Part shown: one piece after another, positions 1-11,060 of the stretch
Position numbering within the stretch: position 1 is the first letter of the stretch
Layout: the number at the start of each line of letters is the position of its first letter
Assembly (NCBI GenBank): GCA_043228905.1
Contig: JBHGNT010000014.1
Span: 4,216,001 to 4,280,000, forward strand
DNA: 64,000 nucleotides
Direction: 5' to 3'
From: Azolla caroliniana
Lineage: Eukaryota > Plantae > Polypodiophyta
Program-made: the position numbers and the translations under genes
Notes under the pieces: model-generated
Databases searched by the model: none
What the model saw: only the letters and a program-made list of their open reading frames with translations
What the model was told of the DNA's origin: nothing

Positions 1-3000
1 TCATTTAATATAATTAGTAGTCCAGAGCATCCCATTGTCCTATGATTACCTTGGTTTGAATTACATAATCCAGCCATAGATTGGAGAACAAGAGAAGTCC
101 GATATCGACCACCCCAAGAATCAACTCACCAAGTTTCGACCATTTCACTTCATCAACTACGCGAAGAAGGACCCAAGGAGGCAATGTTCCTATTTGCAAT
201 ATCAGTACATCCTTCTAGCACTATTAAGGACTCCTTAGTACAACTTCCAGCAAAATATCATCCTTATGACGAATGTATTTGACAAGGTAAAAGCTGGTAC
301 CCTTCCTCATCACGGTCCCTATGACTGTCCCATCGATTTACAACCAGGAACTGAGCCACCATAGGGACCAATTTACAACTTGTCACCCACCGAGTTAGAA
401 GTCCTTCGAGCCTACATAGAGGAGAACTTGGCAAGCGGGTTCATCCGCCATTCGAAATCTCCGGCCGGTGCACCCGTCTTCTTTGTCAAGAAGAAAGATG
501 GCTCACTTAGTCTTGTCATTGATTACTGCGGATTGAATAAAGTCACCATCCGGAATAGGTATGCACTTCCTCTTATATCAAGTCTTTTAGAGCGAGTTAA
601 TGGTGCCAAGTTTTTTACTAAAATCGACCTACGAGGAGCCTATAACCTCGTGCGGATCCGACCGGGAGATGAGTGGAAGACCGCCTTTCGCATGCGGTAT
701 GGGCATTTCGAGTATACTGTTATGCCGTTTGGCCTAACCAATGCACCCGCAGTCTTCACCCACATGGCAAATGATATATTCAGAGACCTCTTGGATATCT
801 GTTTGATCATTTATCTGGATGATCTAATGATTTATTCGAAGACCCAGGAAGAGCACGATTCTCATGTACTATTAGTACTAACGCGACTCCGCGAGAATGG
901 TCTTTATGCCAAGCTAGAAAAATGTAGCTTTGACTGCAAGCAAGTGGAATTTCTAGGCTACGTCATCTCCTCAAAGGGCATCGCCATGGATCCAGCTAAA
1001 ATCCAAATTGTACTAGAGTGGCAAATTCCACGGTCGGTACGAGATGTACAATGTTTTCTAGGTTTTGCTAACTTCTATCGTAAGTTTATACAGGATTACT
1101 CGAAGATTATTTTACCTCTCACACAACTTATGAAGAAGGGCCAAGCATTTCTTTGGTCCATAGAAGCCGATATGGCTTTTTGGCATCTTAAGAAAGCCTT
1201 TACATCAGCACCAATTCTAGCTCATGTGGATACAAGCAAACCATTCATCATGGAGGCCGACGCATCAGATTTCGCCCTCGGTAGCATCCTTTCTCAACAA
1301 GGCGATAAAGAAGAGTTGCATCCGGTGGCTTTCCATTCGCGCAAATTCGATGTCGCAGAAATCAACTACGGAAAACATGACAAGGAGTTATTAGCCATCG
1401 TGGATTCATTTGTACAATGGCGGCATTTCTTAGAGGGCTCTCCACATCAGGTCATCGTCTTTAGCGATCATAAAAATCTTGCTTATTTTCAGAACGCTCC
1501 CGTACTAAATCGACGGCAAGCTCGGTGGGCGCAATTCCTCACGCGTTTCAACTTCAAAATCACATATCGACCGGGGAAGCAGCAAGGAAAAGCAGATGCA
1601 CTATCACGACGTTCATATCTTGCACCTCGTCCTGGTGACGCAACATTTGATAATCAAAAGCAAGTAATCTTGGGACTAACACGATTGCACACGACGCGGA
1701 TTTTTCACACCCCGATGGATTCACGGATTACCGATGACATACGTGCAACCTTGAAGACGGATAGTTTTGCTCAAGACATCCTGGCGCACATTGATACTTC
1801 TCGGGCACCCTGTTCTCAGTCTCAACAACCAGGTATTGACTACCGACAATTCGAATATCATGATGGTTTGTTATTCTTTAAAAAGCGCGTATATATCCCC
1901 CATTGCTCCTATCGCCTTCAAATCGTCCAACATTGTCACGACACCCATACGGCGGGACATTTCGGTAGTACTAAGACGTTGGAGCTAGTGCAACGATCTT
2001 TTTGGTGGCCCCACATGCGCCGTTTTGTCGACGACTATGTTCGGACCTGTGATGCTTGCTGCCGACCAAAGATGCCACGACACCATCCATATGGCTTGTT
2101 GGAACCCTTACCGATTCCAAGTAAGCCATGGCAGTCTATTTGTCTTGATTTTATCACAGATCTGCCGGTCTCGAAGGGGTTCGTTGCTATCCTAACTGTC
2201 GTCGATCGATATACGAAGATGGCACATTTTGTGCCATGTACTAAAGCCATCACTAGCGAGGAAACCGCCGCTCTTGTTATGTGTGAGGTATTTCGGCATC
2301 ATGGCCTCCCAGACAGTATTATCAGTGACCGAGGCCTGCAATTTGTCTCCAAATTTTGGCAGCATCTCTTCAAGATGCTCAAGGTCTCCTGCAACCTCTC
2401 CTCCGGCTACCATCCTCAGACCGACGAGGAGGCGGAACGAACAAACCAAACGCTGGAGCAATATCTCCGATGTTTCCTGAGTTATCAACAGGACGATTGG
2501 GCCGAGATTCTCCACTTTGCGGAGTTTGCGTATAATAATGCTATTCACTCCTCGACTCGGGTCTCCCCATTTTTCGCTTATACCGGTTTCCATCCTCGCT
2601 GGTCAGTGATCGACACTCCAGAGCTACCTACCAACCCTCGTGCCGAGGATCATTTGGAGAGGCTACGCAAGATCTAGATGGATCTCTCTACTCACCTTCG
2701 TCATGCTCAACACACACAAAAGACTTATGCGGATCGTCATCGGATTCCCTCCTCTTTTGCCATCGGAGATCGAGTATGGCTCTTACGTCGTCATATCAAG
2801 ACTACTCGACCGTGCGACAAGCTGGATTATCGGCGACTTGGTCCTTTCCGTATTACGGGTAAGATTAATGATGTCACCTTCCGCCTTGATCTCCCTCCGC
2901 AGCTTCAGATACATCCGGTTTTCCATTGTTCTCTTCTTGAACCTTATAAAGCAAACACCATTCCCGATCGTGTGACACCACCGCCGCCCCCGCTGGAGTT

Positions 3001-3083
3001 GGATGCCGGCCCGGAGTATGAAGTTGCTGCCATCCTCGATTCCAAACTTGTTCGCAACAAACTTTATTACTTGGTCGATTGGC
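1..3083 (+). mobile_element. Ty3/gypsy chromovirus (Tcn1-like) copy 1: internal region, protease end to chromodomain, truncated at 3083
   Basis: RT (YLDD), RNase H (EADASDFALG), integrase zinc finger (HCHD..AGHFG..CDAC) and core, GPFRI motif, start of chromodomain (EYEVAAILDSK..YYLVDW). Abrupt switch to copia sequence after ...GATTGGC. Confidence 0.93.
380..2677 (+). pseudogene. Largest open stretch of the gypsy pol (RT-RNase H-integrase)
   Basis: 765-aa ORF bounded by in-frame stops; pol continues in frame at 2678 (GPY/F module and chromodomain). Confidence 0.9.
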
Positions 3084-3425
3084 GAATTGAAGCGGATTTC
3101 GGATATCGTCTGAAACCGACCCGACTTGAGCTTGAGGGGGCGTGTTGAGAATCAAGCTCAACTTGGTCTGGTGTGTGAACTCACCTTGAGAGTGAAGAGA
3201 CACTCCAATGGTCGAGAGTCACCATTATGTCACCACTTTGTATTCTAGCATTTAGTATGAGTCATAGAATCATATTCTATGACACATAACTTATGACCTT
3301 TCACATTCCCCATGCTCCATGAGCCTTGTAGTTAATGAAGAGAGAGGGTGACTACATAAAGCACCCTCCTCCCACCTTGTATAGTGTTGGGTCTTTCTCC
3401 TTTGCTAATATACTTAAACTTGCGT

Positions 3426-3466
<41 letters not shown>

Positions 3467-3530
3467 CACACATACACACACAGTTCACACCTATTCCGCT
3501 TCACAAGAATCCATCTCTTGATTCTTTACA
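3084..3530 (+). mobile_element. Ty1/copia 3' end: PPT plus LTR (3143-3530)
   Basis: TTGAGCTTGAGGGGGCG followed by TGTTGAGAATCAAGCTCAAC...(CT)n...TTTACA. Same termini style as the LTRs at 13487-18296 and 40400-40801. Confidence 0.8.
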
Positions 3531-4052
3531 GGAACAACCGGGAGTCGTCGAAACCGGAGACAACACTCCTCACCCAATCGTGCATGTCAGAGAAGTCCCT
3601 TTGAGCCACGTCGGACAGAGGGGGAAGCCGATGAACGTATTACACATTCAGACTATCACAAAGAACTTCGTGTCAGTCGGTCAGATCGTTGACCAGGGGA
3701 TGCAGGTGCGGTTTATGCACTTGGGTGCTTCATCGAGGAAGAGGGCCAGATTATTGCGCAAGGGCGTAGAGATGGTAGGATGTTCATCCTCGACACCAAT
3801 GACGTCGGCACCGCTTCGTTCGCCAAAGGACAGAAGATTGAATCGGATATTGATCTCTAGCACAAGCGGATCGGCCATGTCAATTACTGGAGGCTTCAAG
3901 ACCTACAAACAAAATAAGTTGTTTCTGGTTTGCCAAAGTTCAGTGCCCAGAAGGTCCAAATATGTGAAGCCTGCCAACTCGGGAAGCAACACCGGATTCC
4001 ATTCCCTACCGAACGAAACCGTAGCCGTATCAAGCTCAACCTTATTCATTCG

Positions 4053-4717
4053 TGTTGGGAGACAGGTCCCTCCGGATGGGAAGGGAGAAGAGCAGTGCCG
4101 ACGAACAAACTCGGCCGAGGCCGAAACGGTATGAACCGGATGGGGAGTACCCGACTGCGGAGAGCCGGATGGTGTAGGCCCGGTATGAACCGGATGGGGA
4201 GTACCCGACTACGGAGAGCCGGATGGTGCAGGCCCGGTATGAACCGGAGGAAGAGACATATTCGTAAATATGTTTCTGAGAGCCCATTGAGGCTACATTT
4301 GTAAATAGCCGAAAAGTCATATTAGTATAAATATGACTTAGGGAAAACTTTTAGGTGTGTCGTTTTTGTTGTTGTTATTCTTCCTTGTTGGTGCAAGAAG
4401 AAGCGAGAGCGCGTAACTGTACAGAGAGAGAGAGAGAGAGACGAGGTCGTTGCCTCTATTGTAACCGCCGCCTGTGGCGAAGATCTGAGAGCACGAGGTC
4501 GTTGCCTCAGTGAACTCACTGTTGTATATTCCTACATAGTGACAGTTTGCAGCCTGTGGGCTGCCGTGGTTTTTCCCCTATTTTGGGGTTTTCCACGTAA
4601 ACCTCCTGTGTACCATTTCTCCCCTTTGTGTCGCGTTTCATTACCTGTTTTTCTGTGTATGAAAAGAATCTCGGTTGTGGCCGAGCGTCGGACATAAGGA
4701 ATGTCGAGTTCCCGACA
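4053..4717 (+). mobile_element. Solo LTR (copia family C) with 5-bp TSD ATTCG
   Basis: TGTTGGGA...TCCCGACA termini; ATTCG at 4048-4052 and 4718-4722. Removing it restores host integrase LIHSDVCGP. Confidence 0.93.
4131..4248 (+). repeat. 54-bp tandem repeat inside solo LTR (2 copies plus partial)
   Basis: Unit ATGAACCGGATGGGGAGTACCCGACT(G/A)CGGAGAGCCGGATGGTG(T/C)AGGCCCGGT starting at 4131, 4185 and 4239. Confidence 0.9.
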
Positions 4718-6252
4718 ATTCGGATGTATGCGGACCGACAAACAATGTTAGTCTTGGCAAGAGTTGATACTTCGTCTCCTTCATTGACGACTACAACCGA
4801 CACACATAAATCTACCTCATTGAGCGGAAGAGCAAAGTCTTCGAGTGTTTCCGGAACCTGCAAAACCTGGTTGAACGGGAAATGAAGAGGAAGATCAAGT
4901 CCCTCTAGTCGGATGGCGGAAAAGAATATTTTTCCGGCCAATTCAATAGTTATATGTGGCAAAAAGGAATTCGGAGAGAGTTCAGCTGCAGATACACACC
5001 GGAGCAAAACGGTGTGGCCGAAAGAAAGAACCGGTCGATTGTCGACGCGACAAGTGCGACAAGGGCAATGCTAGAGGAGAAGAGAATGCCCCATTTCTAC
5101 TGGATCGAGGCGGTCTGGACGGCTGTCTACATCCAAAACCGGATCAGTGACAAGGTGTCAGCACATGAGTTGTATTTCAGGTGAAAGCCAAATTTGAGAC
5201 ACCTTCAGATATTCGGTAGCATAACATATGTGCATGTACCGGATGAGAAGCGGAGGAAGTTGGATGCAAAGTCGGAGAAATGCATCCTAGTTGGTTACTC
5301 GCATGAGCAAAAGGGGTATAAGTGTTATAACCCCCAGACGAAGCAGGTCTGAGTTAGCAGGGATGTTGAGTTTGATGAGACGGCATCATGATATGCCTTA
5401 CCGGATCCGACTTCCGACCCAGACCCGATATCGGAGGATGAGGCTAGTGAGCCTGAACCGGTCCAGTTAGAAGACAAAGGGTTCGAGACTCTAGATGTGA
5501 GTCCGGAATTGTTTCGGTTGAGCGGGCCGAATGAGCGACTGGGTCAGACAGACCAATTGGAAGATGAACCGGTGAGTAGTGGAGACTCTGCCGTGTTACC
5601 CCCGTGCATGGAAAAGGGGAAGAGGAAGATGCCAGAGCACGAGACCGGCAATGGTGAGTTGGATCGGAGTAGATCCAACTCCGAAAAAGAAGAAGGCGGA
5701 TCTTCGGCAACGAAGACCGAACCGGCCAAGAAGGGCCTCAAACCGGGTGACGATAAGTTACACCGGTCTTGTTGGAGACAAAGTCGTCTGTGCGGAAGAT
5801 CAAGTAGCATTTGATTGTGTTCTGAATACCTGCGTATGACAGTTTGTAGGTCGTTGCACAGAGAGAGAGAGAGAGAGAGACAGAGAGGCACAAAAGACTC
5901 CTTATTCCATAAAGCAATAATACAACACCCAACCTTACAAAAAGGTTACAAGGTCACTATATATAGTGACCGACTTAGGGCAACTACCCTTTATGCTAAT
6001 TACATAAATGGCCAAAACGGGATAGTGTGAATACGTCCATTATACACATGTATTCGACACTCCCCCGTAATGGGCGTATACATGGGTTATCTAAGATTAC
6101 AGGTATAGACTTAGGTTCTCGGACATATCAGCTTTGTTCGAGTCGGCAGGGTCCGAAGGCAGAAGACCGAACTGGTCGGGTCGGAACAGTTGAAGCCGAT
6201 CATTAAGGAACTGATGTCGGTTGTCGGGAACCATCCTGCTCTGTGTCCGGCT

Positions 6253-9200
6253 CTAACCGGACTGGTTTGTCGTTACGCCCATCTGATGCCGAAGAGACCG
6301 AAAACGGTCTGCCGAAAGACACTTGGTCATTTCATCTGCGACATTGTCGGTTGTGGATATTTTCTCTAGACCGATTTTCCCTGAAATGACGCAGTCCCGA
6401 ACGAAGTGATATCGAACGTCGATATGTTTGGAGGCGTTGTGGTGAACCGGATTTTTCGACAAGGCAACAGCACCTTGACTGTCGCTGTAGACAACTGGAG
6501 CCGAGTCATGGTCGACTTGTCGAAACGTGTGCGCCAGCCGACCGAGCCACAAAGCTTCTTTTGCTGCGTCGGACGCAGCTACATATTCTGCTTTGGTCGT
6601 TGAGGTCGCTGTGCACTCCTGAAGTTTCGACTTCCACGAGATTGCTCCATTGCCGAATTTGAAGCAGTATCCGGTTGTTGATTTCCGACTGTCTATACAG
6701 CCGGCGAAGTCCGAGTCGGTGTAACCGACTACGCCTGAGGTTCGGTTCGGACCGAAAAGAATGCCGTGGTCTTTTGTGCCAGCCAGATATCTGAACACAT
6801 GCTTGACTGCGTTCCAATGCGATCGGCCAGGATTGTGCATAAATCTGCTAACGACTCCTACGGCGTGAGAAATATCAGGCCGTGTCGCGACCATCAGGTA
6901 CATAAGGGAGCCGACTGCCGGTGCATACGGTACCGACTTCATATCTTCCCCCTCCGGACCGGATGTCGGGCAGTCTCGCTGAGAGAGCCGAAGATTCATG
7001 GGGAGCGGGGTTGAAGCAGATTTGGCTGATTGCATGTTGAAGCGTTCTAAGACACGTCGGATATAGTCGGTCTGAGACAAAAAAAGATGTCGTTTATCGT
7101 GATGCCGACTAATCTTCATGCCAAGGATGTGTCGTGCCGGACCGAGGTCCTTCATGGCAAACTTCAACCGCAGTTGCCGAATGAGATCGGCAAGTTCGCC
7201 CGCGTGGCGTCCAGAAATTAGCATGTCGTCCACGTAAATGATGAGGAAGATGGGTGATCCATCTTGAGCTGTGTTGGTAAAGAGACAATGGTCCTCATCG
7301 CTTTTTGAGAAGCCGATCGATTGGATGAAGTCGTCGAACTTCTTGTACCATTGTCGCGGTGCCTGTTTGAGGCCGTATAGACTCTTCCTGAGTCGGCAGA
7401 CTAGATGTTCTTGGCCAGTTGCCACGAAGCCTTTTGGCTGCTCCATATAAATTTCCTCTTCAAGATCACCATGGAGGAATGCTGTTTTGACATCTAGCTG
7501 AATCAGCTCCAAGTTGTCGGCTGCCACTACGCCGAGTAGAAAACGGAGGGTTGTCATTTTCACCACTGGTGAAAAAATCTCGTCGAAGTCGACGCCATAT
7601 TCTTGTCGGAAGCCCTTCGCAACTAATCTGGCCTTGTACTTTGGGGTGGTCGAATCAGACGTCTCTTTTAGTCGATAAACCCACTTGCAAGGAAGAGCAC
7701 ATCGGTTCCTAGGTAATTCAACCAGATCCCAAGTCTTGTTTGCCCGAATGGAGTGCATTTCCGACTCCATCGCCAGATGCCAGGTGGCTGAATCGACAGA
7801 TGTCGATGCTTCTTCGTAAGACGTCGGTTCGCCGGCGTCGGTGAAGAAAATTCCAGGAGAATACCTCTCCGGAGGTTGCGACAGTCTCTCGGATCGTCGA
7901 GGTATGATTGGACTGGTCGCATCGGGTATCGAGGTCGGATGGTCCGAAAGCGAATTATTCTGCTGTGCCGAGTCGGAGTTGTCCGAGTCGGTAGTGTGAG
8001 GTTCAGCTACTCGTGAAGCTGACCGTGTGTTAAGAGCGGGGCCTTCTTGAAGGGTCGGCACATCGGAAAATGTTACCCTTCGGACTTCGATCGGTTTTTC
8101 GACTGATGGATTCATAGCCGACTCGTTGAACACAACGTCCGAACTTCGAACGATTTGTCTGCGTTCGGGGTCCCAGAGTCGGTATCCCATTTCGCCGTCG
8201 GATCCATATCCAAGGAAAATGCATTTCCTGGACCGAGGTGCAAGTTTTCGGCGATCATCTTTCGGAATAAGGGCGTACGCCTCGCATCCGAAGATCCTCA
8301 GCTTGTCGTAATTCGGCTTACTGCCGATCCATAGTTCCTGAGGAATTTGAAGTCCTAGAGGTCTACTTGGCGACATATTGATTATGTGTACTGCCGTGAG
8401 TAGAGCCTCTGCCCAGAAGCCATCCGACAGTCCGGAGTGTTGGAGCATGGAAACTGTCCGTTCTTGGATTGTCCGATTCATGCGTTCGGCAATCCCGTTT
8501 TGCTACGGACTGTGTGGTGCCGTAAATTCACGTCGGATGCCGCGTTGTCGGCAGCATTTGACGAATTCTTCGGATTTAAACTCTCCCCCATTGTCTGTCC
8601 GAAAGCATTTCAGCTTTCGGTCGGTTTGATTTTCTACCATAGCGAGCCAATCGGTGAAGATCGAGAAGACCCGATCTTTGGTGCGAATTGGATAAGCCCA
8701 CACCTTTCGAGTCGAATCGTCAATAAAAGTGACGAAGTAAGAGGCACCGCCGAGAGACTGATGCGGCATTGGGCCACAGACGTCCGAGTGGACCAAATCA
8801 AGAGGTCTCGTTTCTCTTGGTGCTGATGTCGGGTGTGATGCGGCTGCTTGTTTGCCATACTGGCAATGCTCGCAGAATTGATGGTCCGAGAAGGAGAGTT
8901 TGGGGATGTATCCGGCTCTAGATAGGTGCGTGATGCCGGCCTTGCTGAGGTGTCCTAATCTTCGGTGCCATAGTGATGACACAGGAATATCCACCAAAAA
9001 CAGGTTACCCTCTCTGAGCGTAACATGTAACGGATACAGGGAGTGTATCTTGGGTCCTCTAGCAAGCAGGAGGTTCCCCCTGTGGAGTGTCCACCCTCCC
9101 GAAGAAAAACCGGCACGAATGCCGTCTTCATCTAGTTGTCCGACTGAGATCAATGGCCTTGAGAGCTCGGGTACATGTCGGACATTGTGGAGTACAAGTG

Positions 9201-10269
9201 TAGAGCCACCTGCAAGGTTGAGCTCTACTGTGCCGATTCCGATGATGTCACAGTGTTGTTAGTTGCCGACTCGAACTGAGTCGGAGTGACGGATCGTATA
9301 TTGCCGAAATTGGGATCGATGAGGAGTCACGTGAAATAACGCGCCCGAATCTAAGAGCCATGTGCTCGATTCTTCAGTCGTGAGTAGAACTTCTGATCCG
9401 ACTGGATTTTCGATTGATAGTATATTCGGGTCGTCCGGTAGTACATCAGCTGAGAAGCTGACGTAATTGATCTCCTCATGCCGGCCACTCTTCTTGTTGT
9501 TCTTGTTCTTGAGTGCGCGGTAGTCGGCTTTGATGTGTCCGGGTTTCTTGCAATAGTTGCAGATTCGGTTATCCCCTGACTGGCTCCTTCTTCGCTGATT
9601 GTTCGGCGGCCGTGAGGAATCTCTTCCTCGTATGTTCGATCGGTCTGTCGAACCTTGTACTACGTAAGCGTCGTCTGTTGAGTCTTTGGCGAAAGACTTT
9701 CTCCGAGCTGCTTCGGTCAAGATTGCGCTCGTGACTTCGGAGTATTTAACAGCCGTGGTTGACGCGTTGCACACGGTTGTGACGAAAGTTTCCCATGATG
9801 AGGGAAGGCTGCTCATGAGTATCATTGCTTTGAGTTCATCCTCGATTGCCGTCCCCTGTGACGAGATTTGGGAGCTTATGCTTTCGTACTCATTGAGGTG
9901 TGCTTGAACCGAATCGGATTCTTTCATCCGCAAGTTGTAGAGGCGCCGGATCAGAAACATCTTCGTTGCGGCGACCTTCTTTTCGTAAGTGTCCGACAGT
10001 GTTTTCCACAGTTCGAATGCTGTCGTACACGATTGCACCGTAAAGTATACCGATTCCGATAGGTGCATCCGAATCGTGGCGCGGACAATTCTGTCCAGCT
10101 TTTGCCACTCAATTGGTTTGTATCCTTCTGGAGGTTCTTCATTTTCGATGGGATCGATTTGCCCCTTGACTATGAGATAGTCCTGCATTTGTTCCTTCCA
10201 GAAGTTGAAGTTCGATCCATCGAACTTTCGTAGACTCATTTCTGACGAGCCGGATGTTGATGCCATCAA
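6253..10269 (-). pseudogene. Copia gag-pol polyprotein, single frame with two in-frame stops
   Basis: ORFs 9259-10269, 8503-9153 and 6253-8481 share one frame: gag (KFDGSNFNFWK; degenerate zinc knuckle CNYCKKPGHIKADY), protease (WLLDSGA), integrase (LVHSDVCGP), RT (YVDDM), RNase H. Stops at 9259-9261 (TAA) and 8503-8505 (TAG). Confidence 0.93.
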
Positions 10270-10924
10270 ATTTGGTTTCGGTTGACGAAGCTCGGTTCGG
10301 AGTTGACTACGAACCTTGTTGGAGTGCAGCCGGTTGGCTCACCCGATATCGTTCTAGTCGGATTTGAACCCGAGTCGGTTCGGCTTCGGAACTTGCTCGA
10401 ATTGACTTCGGTAACTTGAGGGACAGAACCGACTGGTCTTCCCGAATGTTGCCGAGTCGGAGTGAGCCCGGTTCGCTTCGGATATATATGCCGAATACCG
10501 ATTATTGAAACCGATTATCTGGACCGATTCTGCTTCGGGTGACTGCAGCGACGAGAGAGATGGATCCAACTGATCCTCTCGAATGTCGATCAGCCGGATG
10601 AAGCACGAATTGGGGTTGTTGTCTTGAGACCGATCTGCACCGAGTGGTTACAATGAGCGGCGAGCAGCGTTTGATGACCTCTTCGGATGCCGTTTAACCG
10701 AATGGAGCACGATCGTGTCAAAGTTGCACAAGGGGATTTCACCTCGAGCGGTTACGATCACAAGGAACGGAGTACAACCTGCTGGCTTACTCCAAGCAAA
10801 GATGATCTAACGTGATGAGATGCAGGCCTCGTTTTTCTTCTTCTTCTCTCTTCTTCGAATGACGCAGGAAACCGAATGCTGAGACGACGGCCGACAGCGG
10901 ATTGAAGGACCGACTACTGTGCAG

Positions 10925-10936
10925 GCTCTGATACCA
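10925..10936 (-). promoter_or_regulatory. Primer-binding site complementary to tRNA-iMet
   Basis: TGGTATCAGAGC on the minus strand, 2 nt inside the 5' LTR. Confidence 0.92.
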
Positions 10937-11028
10937 GATGTTGGAGACAAAGTCGTCTGTGCGGAAGATCAAGTAGCATTTGATTGTGTTCTGAATACCT
11001 GCGTATGACAGTTTGTAGGTCGTTGCAC

Positions 11029-11060
<32 letters not shown>

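Noticed and set aside
3078-3083. ATTGGC microhomology at the gypsy/copia junction
   Set aside because: Suggested by similarity to 13246-13257, but downstream sequence does not align, so it cannot be supported.
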